A stretch of 33,971 nucleotides of DNA, from contig CAYHVV010000002.1 in assembly GCA_964360115.1 (NCBI GenBank), positions 1-33,971 on the forward strand. The letters run 5' to 3'. Below the pieces are notes generated by a model. The model saw nothing but the letters and a program-made list of their open reading frames with translations. It had not been told where the DNA came from and ran no database searches. Positions 15,867-24,120 of the stretch are shown in pieces (position 1 is the stretch's first letter; every line of letters begins with the position of its first letter). Source of the stretch: an uncultured Methanosarcinales archaeon (GTDB lineage: Archaea; Nanobdellota; Nanobdellia; Woesearchaeales; GW2011-AR9). The position numbers were made by a program, and so were the translations under genes.

Positions 15867-16919
15867 TTAAACCCCTCTTTCTAATTTTGCGACCACAGCA
15901 TTCTGAAATGCTTCTGTCCCGAGCATTTCCTGTGCTTTTTTGGTAAGTTCATGCGTATAAAGAAATAACAAGGGAAGTTTTTTTATTTGTGCTTCCATAT
16001 AAGCTGCAGAGACGTCTCCTTCATCACACTTTGCTTTTTTCTTGGCTTTGCAGAAATAAGTTACTGCACCAACGGCAGAAGGAACCTTAATCAATAAATT
16101 AACTTCTGCATTTTTGCGCACAATTTCATGCTCTTGAATCACAATTTCTTTTGCGGCAAGGAAAAATTCTGCAGAAGGCAGGAAATTATCAGGAATACTA
16201 TCATAAATTTTTGGCTTCCGTGAAACTCTTTTTGTTTTAGTCGATTTTGATTTATTCTGTGAAAGTACTTTTTCTATTTTTTCTTGAAGTTCATCTTCAA
16301 GAGGTTCCGGCAGTGGCTCAAATGGTTCTTCTGGTGCAAAAGATAAAGCTGAGATTTGTTCTGATTCTTGAACCGACTGAGGTGATTGTTGCAATGGTTG
16401 AGGTAAGGATGGAAGAGTAGATTGCACTTCTTCGTTTGCTGCAGGAGCGACAATTTCTTCTCTAGCTTCTTCTCTGACAAACAATATTTGCTTAATGCTG
16501 GAGGATGCTTCTTCATCAGAAAGCATATGCCATTTCCAAAATAATTCTCTGTTGCCCGCAACAGTTACCTGTAACGGAACAGTAAAATCTTTTAGTGAAC
16601 GGAGCGCAACTTTTGAAAGCAAGTCTAAAGAGTTTTCCCGCAATATTTTTTGCTGCTTTAAAATTTCCAACACTTGAAAATCCTTGGGATTGAGATTGCC
16701 TGCAGCGAAATGGTACAGCTGTTCTTCCTGGCCGGGAAGATAATATAAAGGAGTGCCGCCTATTTTCAGATTTGAAATCTTAACTTTGCCCTGCGCAGCC
16801 AAATCCGATAGATGCGCTGAAGCTAGCAAGATTTCTGTACCTATATTCTTAGCAACTTTAGAAGGTATAGTTGGACCTACTACTTTCAAAAAATAGAGAA
16901 TTTTGTCCTGGTCGCTCAT
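15867..16919 (-). CDS. hypothetical tandem winged-helix protein with acidic/Pro-Gln linker and a possible PD-(D/E)xK-like C-terminal domain
   Basis: wH-like segments at aa 1-70 (IPSKVAKNIG...LAAQGKVKISNLKIGGTPLYYLPG) and aa 75-135. A low-complexity linker (LPSLPQPLQQSPQSVQESEQ...PEEPFEPLPEPLEDE) and a basic patch follow. The C-terminus EVNLLIKV...YFCKAKKK...LFLYTHELTKKAQEM is reminiscent of Mrr-type nuclease folds; this assignment is weak. Confidence 0.65.
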   Translation of the reverse strand: MSDQDKILYFLKVVGPTIPSKVAKNIGTEILLASAHLSDLAAQGKVKISNLKIGGTPLYYLPGQEEQLYHFAAGNLNPKDFQVLEILKQQKILRENSLDLLSKVALRSLKDFTVPLQVTVAGNRELFWKWHMLSDEEASSSIKQILFVREEAREEIVAPAANEEVQSTLPSLPQPLQQSPQSVQESEQISALSFAPEEPFEPLPEPLEDELQEKIEKVLSQNKSKSTKTKRVSRKPKIYDSIPDNFLPSAEFFLAAKEIVIQEHEIVRKNAEVNLLIKVPSAVGAVTYFCKAKKKAKCDEGDVSAAYMEAQIKKLPLLFLYTHELTKKAQEMLGTEAFQNAVVAKLERGV

Positions 16920-16940
16920 AAGAACTGGGAAGAAATGCCT

Positions 16941-16948
16941 TTTATATA
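16941..16948 (-). promoter_or_regulatory. TATA-like box for the wHTH-TM-fen-CYTH-trm5 operon
   Basis: Minus strand reads tatataaa. Centre is about 25-26 nt upstream of the ATG at 16919. Confidence 0.45.
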
Positions 16949-17036
16949 GTTTTCTTTACTGGAGATGTGAAAGAAAATCATATCTGCAGTTGAAAGGAAG
17001 TTTCCTTTCTTACTGTAGAGGCGAACAAATATTAGT

Positions 17037-17639
17037 TTACGGTCTAGTCCAACTTACCTGGTAATAAGTTACATCGTTCTCATCATCAACGATAGCCAGT
17101 AACAACCGCTTTTTGGTGCTGTGAGCCACTCTGTTTTTAGCGCTGAATTCGTGCCAAGTAAAAACACTGGCTTCATGAACCGGAAAGACAATCCATTTAG
17201 CGTGATCTTCACCTGGTTTTACTCCCCGATCATATACGCGGAAATCTGCGCCAAACTTGAGAGCAGTCTTGATTATGTAGCCGCGATTCCGCATATCTCT
17301 AAAAACAATATAGCGAATCCAGAAATTCGGCTCTACTTTACGAGCTTTCTTGACATATAGTTCAAATGATAAAGATTTACCAGACTCATTTTTTATGTTT
17401 AAGCGTTCACGTTCTAACAGATATAATGCTTCTAACAGAGATAATTCTACTTTTCCACTTTCATTTAAAGTTCCGAATCGAGATTGATTGAAGAATTCTC
17501 TGGCATCATCAGAAGACTCAGTAATTACTCTTTCTCCAGCAAGAATACCTAATACTGGATTCTTCAGTTTTTTTAGTTCTACTTTCAAGTCTTCCGAAGT
17601 TTCAGCAGCTGCTGCTTCAGAGGCTTTTTTCTTAGCCAT
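17037..17639 (-). CDS. endA: tRNA-splicing endonuclease
   Basis: LSLLEALYLLERERL, VFRDMRNRGYIIKTALKFGADFRVY, HAKWIVFPV and LLLAIVDDENDVTYYQVSW match the archaeal EndA catalytic domain. It carries an Ala/Lys-rich N-terminal tail. Confidence 0.9.
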   Translation of the reverse strand: MAKKKASEAAAAETSEDLKVELKKLKNPVLGILAGERVITESSDDAREFFNQSRFGTLNESGKVELSLLEALYLLERERLNIKNESGKSLSFELYVKKARKVEPNFWIRYIVFRDMRNRGYIIKTALKFGADFRVYDRGVKPGEDHAKWIVFPVHEASVFTWHEFSAKNRVAHSTKKRLLLAIVDDENDVTYYQVSWTRP

Positions 17640-17661
17640 GTAATTGGTTAAAAGAATGGTC

Positions 17662-17669
17662 TTTTAAAA
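17662..17669 (-). promoter_or_regulatory. TATA-like box (ttttaaaa) for endA
   Basis: Centre is about 26-27 nt upstream of the ATG at 17639. Confidence 0.4.
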
Positions 17670-17676
17670 AGCTTTG

Positions 17677-17786
17677 CTTGATTCGACCCAGTATAATTTC
17701 TGAGTGATAATCATCGTCATTGCCAAAAGGCGAGCGGCAAAGATGATTATCACTCACTTATTGAAGTGTGCCTTGATTCGACCCAG
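17677..17786. repeat. 15-nt direct repeat cttgattcgacccag (17677-17691 and 17772-17786) flanking a perfect 14-bp hairpin
   Basis: Hairpin arms are gagtgataatcatc (17702-17715) and gatgattatcactc (17742-17755), with an inner ttgcc/ggcaa stem in the loop. All were read directly. The right repeat copy and part of the hairpin lie inside the radC 3' end. Confidence 0.7.
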
Positions 17787-18427
17787 CTCCACCAAGCATC
17801 TTTCCCGAGAATAATATGATCCAACAGCGGAATACCCATTAATTTCCCCGATTGAATTAGGTTTTTTGTAATTTCCAAATCCTCGTTGGACGGTTCAGGA
17901 TCACCCGAAGGATGATTATGGAGCACAATAACCGAATGTGCTAAATGCTTAATCGCTCCATGAAAAACTTCTCGAGGATGAATTAAGGAAGAATTGAGAA
18001 TTCCTACAGTAATTGTTTCATCAGCAATAATATTATTTTTAGTGTCTAAATAGATGGCCATAAACTGTTCTTTCTGCAGGGATTGAGTCTTAGGAAGATA
18101 TAGTTCTGCCGCTTCTTTGGCGCAGCTTATTTTCTTATTCTCTTTTCTGTAACCTATCCTTTTGTGGAGTTCAAACATAACAACAATTTGTGATGCTCTG
18201 GCCGGGCCGATGCCATATTGCTGCTGCAATTGCTGTAAGGAACAGGCAGAAAGATTTTGTAATCCATAAGTCGAAATTAAGCGATTAGATATTTCTAGAA
18301 TATTTTCTTTCTTAGTACCTGACTTTAGGATTATGGCGAGAAGTTCTGCTGAAGAAAGAGCTGGTGAACCTTCTTTCTGCAAGCGTTCTCTAGGCCTGTT
18401 TTCCGGTGCAAAATCAGTGATTTTCAT
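17750..18427 (-). CDS. radC: RadC-like JAB/MPN domain protein
   Basis: N-terminal HhH region (RPRERL...LSSAELLAIIL) and the JAMM motif VIVLHNHPSGDPEPSNEDLEITKNL. Confidence 0.9.
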   Translation of the reverse strand: MKITDFAPENRPRERLQKEGSPALSSAELLAIILKSGTKKENILEISNRLISTYGLQNLSACSLQQLQQQYGIGPARASQIVVMFELHKRIGYRKENKKISCAKEAAELYLPKTQSLQKEQFMAIYLDTKNNIIADETITVGILNSSLIHPREVFHGAIKHLAHSVIVLHNHPSGDPEPSNEDLEITKNLIQSGKLMGIPLLDHIILGKDAWWSWVESRHTSISE

Positions 18428-18448
18428 GTATTTACTAGTTAAATGTGG

Positions 18449-18456
18449 TTTATATA
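18449..18456 (-). promoter_or_regulatory. TATA-like box for radC
   Basis: Minus strand reads tatataaa. Centre is about 25-26 nt upstream of the ATG at 18427. Confidence 0.4.
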
Positions 18457-18628
18457 GTCTAGCCGAACCTGTCTGGTGCGGGAGTGGATAAGGACAGACA
18501 TACCAATAGCCCCTTAATCTCTAAAATTTTGAAGAATTAAAGGTTTTGGGAATTTGTCCAGTGCGAGAGAAGATTATAAACTGTTTCCCGACAAAACATT
18601 TAAGAATTTCAAAAGAATAGGTTATACT

Positions 18629-19258
18629 ATGAATCGTACTATCAAGCTATTGATGCTCTCAGATGTCTTAATTTTTACCGGCTTTGGCCTTATTGCACCG
18701 ATATTAGCTATCTTTATCAAAGATAATCTTACCGGAGGGACCATTTTCGCCGCCGGGTTTGCCAGTACCTTGTTTCTCATCACCAAATCAATCATACAAC
18801 TTCCATTCTCCAGATACGTTGACAAGCATGAGAATAAAGTAAAATGGCTTATGGCTGGGACATTTATTATCTCTTTAGTACCGTTGGTTTATATTTTTTC
18901 CAATCATATTTATTTTATTTATGCTGCAGAAATATTACATGGTATCGGCAGCGGATTAGCATATCCCACTTGGTTGGGATTATGGAGCACCCATCTTGAT
19001 AAAAAACAAGAAAGTTTTGAGTGGAGCCTTTATTCAACCGGTATCAGTGTAGGAACAGCAATAACTGCTGTAATTGGAGCAACACTGGCCGAATTTGCCG
19101 GATTTACTTTTACGTTCTTGCTGGTAGGACTTATGTCTTTAGCTGGATGCGGAATATTATTTTTCCTTGAAAGAAAAAAAGAACAATTGCGGGGATCAAA
19201 AATTAAAGATTATCCAAAAAGAAGCAGAGCAACGAACGGCACGAACGGAAAATATTAA
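18629..19258 (+). CDS. six-TM MFS-like half-size membrane protein
   Basis: About six hydrophobic helices by eye. I moved the start to ATG 18629 (MNRTIKLLMLSDVLIFTGFGL). The track ORF uses TTG 18554. Confidence 0.6.
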   Translation: MNRTIKLLMLSDVLIFTGFGLIAPILAIFIKDNLTGGTIFAAGFASTLFLITKSIIQLPFSRYVDKHENKVKWLMAGTFIISLVPLVYIFSNHIYFIYAAEILHGIGSGLAYPTWLGLWSTHLDKKQESFEWSLYSTGISVGTAITAVIGATLAEFAGFTFTFLLVGLMSLAGCGILFFLERKKEQLRGSKIKDYPKRSRATNGTNGKY

Positions 19259-19260
19259 TT

Positions 19261-19884
19261 CTAATCGAATGCTTTTTGCATAAGTTTCATTCTTTCTTTG
19301 GGGTTTTCCGCCTTGGTTATAAAAGATCCGGACACAATATAATCTGCGCCTGCCTTAACTGCATCTTTGGCTGTTGCCGGATTCATACCACCGTCAACAA
19401 TTATTTTAACTTTTGGATTCTCTTGTTTAATTTCATTAATTTTATTTAAGGGATATTTCAAATATTTTGCTCCATAAAATCCTGGATGAACAGTTAAAAT
19501 AAGCACATAATCAAGAGATTTTAGATAAGGTTTAATCTTGGAAACTTTAGTTTCTGGATTCAAAGCTAAAGCAACTTTCTTTTTTTGTTTTTTGTTCGTT
19601 TGAATGTAACCAGCAATGTCAATAGTTTCAGCTTGCACTATGCAGAAATCAACCTTTTTCCCATGCTTCTGAATCCATTTATCTGGTTCTTTCACCATTA
19701 AATGGGCAATGTACTTGAATTTCTTTGACAACTTAAATGGAAACCACAAAGAGGTATTAGGAACAAATTTTCCATCTGCAACATCTAAATGAAGAGAAGT
19801 AGCAACTCCAGCAAGATTATTTAGCATCGATTCTAATTCCTGCTGGTTCTTAGCCATGACTGAAGGGAATACGTTCCGTCTCAT
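19261..19884 (-). CDS. rpe: ribulose-phosphate 3-epimerase
   Basis: PSVMAKNQQEL...LHLDVADGKFVPN and C-terminal VDGGMNPATAKDAVKAGADYIVSGS. Overlaps rpiB by 4 nt. Confidence 0.85.
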   Translation of the reverse strand: MRRNVFPSVMAKNQQELESMLNNLAGVATSLHLDVADGKFVPNTSLWFPFKLSKKFKYIAHLMVKEPDKWIQKHGKKVDFCIVQAETIDIAGYIQTNKKQKKKVALALNPETKVSKIKPYLKSLDYVLILTVHPGFYGAKYLKYPLNKINEIKQENPKVKIIVDGGMNPATAKDAVKAGADYIVSGSFITKAENPKERMKLMQKAFD

Positions 19885-20324
19885 CGTTCTAATCTCTTAA
19901 TTTTCTCCAGCCTGCGTACATGCCGCGGTTCTTGGGAAAAACCAGTGGTTAAGAATAATTCAATCATCCTCTTGGATTTATGTAAGTGAGCAAACCAGCC
20001 GGATAAACAAATGATATTAGCATTATTATGTTCCTTAGATAAACGTGCTTCCCGCAAGGAATAAGGAATTACTGCTCTGGCGCCTTTTATTTTGTTGGCA
20101 GCAATACACATGCCCTGCGCAGAACCGCAGATTAGAATACCTAAACTTTTTTCAGCAACAACCTTTCTAGCTAGTGCAGCGGCAAAATCAGGATAATCAT
20201 CTTTTGGATCGAGCTTCTTATTTCCCACATCTATATACGGAACGTGTTTGTGCTCAAGCCATTCTCTAATCTTTTCTTTAAGAACAAACCCGGCGTGATC
20301 CGCACCGATATATATTTTTTTCAT
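19881..20324 (-). CDS. rpiB: ribose-5-phosphate isomerase B (RpiB/LacAB family)
   Basis: MKKIYIGADHAGFVLKEKI...GILICGSAQGMCIAANKIKGARA. Confidence 0.9.
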   Translation of the reverse strand: MKKIYIGADHAGFVLKEKIREWLEHKHVPYIDVGNKKLDPKDDYPDFAAALARKVVAEKSLGILICGSAQGMCIAANKIKGARAVIPYSLREARLSKEHNNANIICLSGWFAHLHKSKRMIELFLTTGFSQEPRHVRRLEKIKRLER

Positions 20325-20405
20325 GATCAGACCTCTTTTTATGATTATATTATCCTTTAATATTATCCCTTTCCTTTAATATCATCCTCTTCTATTTAAT
20401 TTTTC

Positions 20406-20939
20406 CTAGGAAAACAAATCTTTGACAAAAATCCAATCTACTAAAAAGTGTGATAGACGGATAACATCTGGTTTTCTTATCTCTTCTCCCGATGGAACTA
20501 GGTGAGATTCACACCAACCCTTATATTTTAAAGAAAATGGATGTAAATATATCCTGGCACCGGAAGGGTGTTCAATTTGCTGAGGTTCCTGCTTATCTAG
20601 TAAAAATTCTAATCCCACACTGCCATTGACCACATAAAGATGATCTTTCAAGCCCACACAACTTCCTTCTTTAATAGTCCTAGCGATATATTTTATAAGC
20701 AATTCTGAAGGATTTTTATATTCTTTTTTTCTTCTTATTAGTTGGTCTATTAAACTTTTAGGAGGATAACTTGCATCATTCCGTTCGTCAATTGCCCAAC
20801 TTACCACTCCCTCTCTTCGAAAATAATCTAATTTATATTCTTCCTGTATTGCTTGGATTTTTTTTTGTGTTAATAATTCTAAATTCTCATAATCTGGTTT
20901 TATCCGCCTTGAATCGCAAACTCCCCCCACTGCCTTCAT
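20406..20939 (-). CDS. hypothetical 177-aa protein embedded in the sugar-phosphate operon
   Basis: Its start overlaps the fba stop as ATGA. The C-terminal half is beta-rich (HLYVVNGSVGLEFLL...ARIYLHPFSLKYKGWCESHLVPSGEEI). I recognise no family. Confidence 0.65.
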   Translation of the reverse strand: MKAVGGVCDSRRIKPDYENLELLTQKKIQAIQEEYKLDYFRREGVVSWAIDERNDASYPPKSLIDQLIRRKKEYKNPSELLIKYIARTIKEGSCVGLKDHLYVVNGSVGLEFLLDKQEPQQIEHPSGARIYLHPFSLKYKGWCESHLVPSGEEIRKPDVIRLSHFLVDWIFVKDLFS

Positions 20940-21850
20940 GCTTTTCTTGCAGAACCAAATAATTGTATCCTCTTTTCTGCTACCTCTTGTATTAAATCGC
21001 GAGCCGGCGATAAGATATTTCGCGGATCAAAATTTTTAGGTTTGACGTGAAGAGCCTTTCTTACTGCAGCATCAAAAGCGATGCGTATGTCGGTGTCGGT
21101 ATTAATTTTGACAACACCATTTTTTATTGCAGCCTTAATTTGAATATCGGGAACTCCTTTCACTCCTGATAAATCTGCACCGTATCTTTCCGCTGTTTGT
21201 ACCAAACTCTGAGGAACACCGGAAGCACCGTGCAACACTAATGGAACTGTTACTTTCCGTTTGATTTTTTGAAGAACATCCTGCCGTAAGGAAGCTTTTC
21301 CTGTAAACTTGTAAGCGCCATGAGATGTTCCGATAGCTACAGCAAGAAAATCGCACCCTGTGCGTTCAACAAACTCTTTTGCTTTTGCGGGATCAGTATA
21401 GATGATATTTCTGGAAGAAACTAAATCTTCTGCTCCGCCGATGGTTCCTAATTCTGCTTCTACAGAAATACCTTTCCGATGAGCAAGAACCACTATTTGT
21501 TTAGTTAGACGAATATTTTTTTCAAAATCTTCAGGTGAAGCATCAATCATAACGGAAGAATAACCCTTCTGAATAGCTTGCTTAATTATGCCCATATCTT
21601 TCCCGTGATCGAGATGAAGTGCAATAGGAACATTAGATAATTCAGAAGCTGTTTTTGCGATAGCGTACAAATAATCCATGCCTGCATATTTCAACGCTCC
21701 TTCTGAGGTAGCGAGAATAATTGGAGCTTTCAATTTGCTTGCTGCAGCAACTACTCCTTGGACCATCTCCATATTGTTGATGTTAAAGTGAGCTACTGCG
21801 TACTTTCCTTTCTGCGCTTTCAACAATAATTTTTTGGTATCAGCAAACAT
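20936..21850 (-). CDS. fba: class II fructose/tagatose-bisphosphate aldolase
   Basis: AVAHFNINNMEMVQGVV, ALHLDHG, AIGTSHGAYKF, LVLHGASG. Confidence 0.92.
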   Translation of the reverse strand: MFADTKKLLLKAQKGKYAVAHFNINNMEMVQGVVAAASKLKAPIILATSEGALKYAGMDYLYAIAKTASELSNVPIALHLDHGKDMGIIKQAIQKGYSSVMIDASPEDFEKNIRLTKQIVVLAHRKGISVEAELGTIGGAEDLVSSRNIIYTDPAKAKEFVERTGCDFLAVAIGTSHGAYKFTGKASLRQDVLQKIKRKVTVPLVLHGASGVPQSLVQTAERYGADLSGVKGVPDIQIKAAIKNGVVKINTDTDIRIAFDAAVRKALHVKPKNFDPRNILSPARDLIQEVAEKRIQLFGSARKA

Positions 21851-21853
21851 TTT

Positions 21854-22819
21854 TCAGAGCCTCTTAGTGTTTATTTGAAGGTTATACTTCTTCATTAGCA
21901 CTTTTGCTTCTTTTTCTGTTAATTGGCCGTTCTTGGCTCCGACGTGTTGAATGACTGAAGAAGCATTCACTTGCCCTAAACGCAAAGCGTCATCGAAAGA
22001 ATAATTTTTAATTAAACCAGCTAGGAATCCGGAAGTAAATGCATCTCCTGCTCCAGCGGTATGAACTATTTTTACATTTGGAGTTTTGGTAAGAGAATAC
22101 ATAGTGTTGTCTTGTAAGGCATATACCCCTCTTCTTCCGTCAGTGACTATGGCTGTTTGCGGACCGCACTTCTGTAATTTTTTTAACAAAAATTCAAAAT
22201 TGGAAGAAGATGTTTTCAGCAAAGCCCGCGCCTCTTCCTTATTGAGAACTAAGATAGCAGTATTCTGTAGAATAGTTGAGAGATATTTTTTTCCTTTTTG
22301 TGCTAAATACAAAGAAGGATTGAATAATAATTTGATCTTTTTCTTTTTAGCAAGAGCAACTATTCTGTGAGCAGCATGAAAAGATTTTCCGGTTAACGTA
22401 GCCAGATAAATCCAAGAACTATTTATTTGGGAAACAGGGATCTCTTTAGCAGATAAGTCTGCAGAAGCCCCTTTATGTACCAAGATGATTCTATCTTTTT
22501 CCTTGGTAGAGGAAATAATGGTTGCTAAATCTGTTTGTTGTTTACTTCTGGCATGAAAAATATTTTCTATCCCATCTGCTTTTAATTCCTTAAGAATAAA
22601 GTTTCCATCTTCATCATCGCCAATTTTGGTTGCAGTTTTTACTTTTAACCCTAATTTAGCTAAGGCAGAAGCGGAATTGGTTGCGCCTCCCCCAGAACGC
22701 TTGTCAACAGACTTGACTAAAACTTTATCGCCTAGTTTTAGAGAAGAGAAAGATTGTTCTATGGTTAAGAACATATCTACCGTTGCTGAGCCTACACAGA
22801 GAACATCATATCTGGACAT
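21854..22819 (-). CDS. PfkB-family carbohydrate kinase
   Basis: N-terminal GGGATNSASALAKLG and C-terminal TAGAGDAFTSGFLAGL (PfkB signature 2). AGGTGA lies 4 nt upstream of the ATG. Confidence 0.9.
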   Translation of the reverse strand: MSRYDVLCVGSATVDMFLTIEQSFSSLKLGDKVLVKSVDKRSGGGATNSASALAKLGLKVKTATKIGDDEDGNFILKELKADGIENIFHARSKQQTDLATIISSTKEKDRIILVHKGASADLSAKEIPVSQINSSWIYLATLTGKSFHAAHRIVALAKKKKIKLLFNPSLYLAQKGKKYLSTILQNTAILVLNKEEARALLKTSSSNFEFLLKKLQKCGPQTAIVTDGRRGVYALQDNTMYSLTKTPNVKIVHTAGAGDAFTSGFLAGLIKNYSFDDALRLGQVNASSVIQHVGAKNGQLTEKEAKVLMKKYNLQINTKRL

Positions 22820-22883
22820 CTATTCACCTAAAGAAAGGAATACCTAGAGATTTAAAAAGGATTCTGTTAAATCTCACCCAAAA

Positions 22884-22891
22884 TTTAATAA
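22884..22891 (+). promoter_or_regulatory. TATA-like box (tttaataa) for the 76-aa ORF
   Basis: Centre is about 27 nt upstream of the ATG at 22915. Confidence 0.35.
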
Positions 22892-22914
22892 AGAAGACCC
22901 TTGATAATGAAGCC

Positions 22915-23145
22915 ATGGTAACCACAAATATGCCTAAAGATGAAAAAGTAGGCTTCCACAAGGGTTCTTTAGCTACTCTTAGCAAAGAACGGGAAGAATT
23001 GATGCGCATTCTACAGATAGTAGAGCAATTAATGCAGATGCACCTTAAGGAATTAAAGGATTTAGGTGTTGACCTAGCTGCACAAGCTAAGGATGAACCT
23101 AAGAAGCTTAAAGGCAAGAAAGCGATTGAAGATGTTCTTGGATAA
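22915..23145 (+). CDS. hypothetical 76-aa helical/coiled-coil protein
   Basis: MVTTNMPKDEKVGFHKGSLATLSKEREELMRILQIVEQLMQMHLKELKDLG... I chose the start from TATA spacing. The track ORF begins at 22783 and overlaps pfkB. Confidence 0.5.
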   Translation: MVTTNMPKDEKVGFHKGSLATLSKEREELMRILQIVEQLMQMHLKELKDLGVDLAAQAKDEPKKLKGKKAIEDVLG

Positions 23146-23162
23146 GGCCTTATTTTGTTTGT

Positions 23163-23471
23163 TTATTTCTTCTCTGAACTAAAGTACACCTTTTGATTAC
23201 TTGGTTCAAAATGTAATATCCGACCATCATCGCACTGAATCCAACTGTTCGTCACTCCCCCGCGCAAGTAAGGTTGTACGGAAGCAACTAATTTGTTATC
23301 TTTATAAAGATTTAAGGTTATATGGTCTACCTCATCATATCTCTCGTGATAAACCGCTCGTGCTTGAAGTCCGCCGATATCACAAGCTGCTAATTCTCTT
23401 TGTTGATTTTCATCACAGCTGTTCAATAAAGTAGTTAAGCCCATAATTGCACTTATTCTTGTTGATTTCAT
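23163..23471 (-). CDS. small secreted protein / putative lipoprotein
   Basis: N-terminal MKSTRISAIMGLTTLLNSC looks like a signal peptide ending in a Cys lipobox-like site. Confidence 0.55.
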   Translation of the reverse strand: MKSTRISAIMGLTTLLNSCDENQQRELAACDIGGLQARAVYHERYDEVDHITLNLYKDNKLVASVQPYLRGGVTNSWIQCDDGRILHFEPSNQKVYFSSEKK

Positions 23472-23544
23472 GTTTTAATCGCCCCCGAAGATATTTGTAT
23501 ATTTCACAAAAATACTTTTGTTATAATAATTATGTAAAACTATT

Positions 23545-24012
23545 CTACACAATCACTTCTCCCCTATGGATCTTCGGCAAGTAATTCAAAATAACTCCTT
23601 CCTTATATTTTGAACAGCCTACGATGTCTCCCTTGTATTCTATCAACACAAATTTAGCGTCTGGACCTAAGTCTTTCTTAAGATCAATCCCATGAAAATA
23701 AGCTTTAATTTCTCGGTCATCTAATTCAACAATATTTTTCAATTTATCTCTGGCTTCCTTAGCTAATAACTGCGCGCCTTCCTTGCTTAAACGCACGGAA
23801 TTATTCTTTAATTCTGCGACATACAATCCAAATTTATCTACCCGCAATTTCTGCAGATCAATCTTGGCTATATCCTTGTTAATCAGAGAAATCCGTCCAT
23901 CTTTACCTTGCAGATAAACATAATCTCCGGTAAAGAATGTGCCATAGGTTTCTTCGAAAGCTTGGCGGATTTTTTTAATGTCCCGAGTATTGAGGATGGT
24001 TAGAGTTTGCAT
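23545..24012 (-). CDS. Nip7/PUA-like RNA-binding protein
   Basis: About 155 aa. FGLYVAELKNNSVRLSKEGAQLL and the C-terminal GDIVGCSKYKEGVILNYLPKIHRGE resemble the pre-PUA plus PUA architecture of archaeal Nip7 / RsmF-N proteins. This is from memory. Confidence 0.5.
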   Translation of the reverse strand: MQTLTILNTRDIKKIRQAFEETYGTFFTGDYVYLQGKDGRISLINKDIAKIDLQKLRVDKFGLYVAELKNNSVRLSKEGAQLLAKEARDKLKNIVELDDREIKAYFHGIDLKKDLGPDAKFVLIEYKGDIVGCSKYKEGVILNYLPKIHRGEVIV

Positions 24013-24120
24013 TGTTAATTAATATCCTCCCATTCTTCAGCAATTTTTCTATCTTCCTTAGCTTTACATAGGTATGCTTTTATTAACCTCTTAAGCATAT
24101 TTTTCTTTATCCAAAACACC

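Noticed and set aside
18461-18520. GC-richer patch between radC and the MFS-like gene, examined as a tRNA or ncRNA
   Set aside because: It has only a weak 6-bp stem (tgtctg/cagaca), no T-loop or other conserved RNA motif, and lies immediately upstream of the radC TATA box.
20353-20382. Direct repeat tcctttaatat (20353-20363 and 20372-20382) upstream of rpiB
   Set aside because: It is an AT-rich 11-mer in a low-complexity promoter region. It could be a binding site, but it is indistinguishable from chance without comparative data.
24015-24098. 27-aa ORF MLKRLIKAYLCKAKEDRKIAEEWEDIN between infB and the Nip7-like gene
   Set aside because: It has no ribosome-binding site or promoter signal and is very short. 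It most likely lies in an intergenic spacer of an operon.
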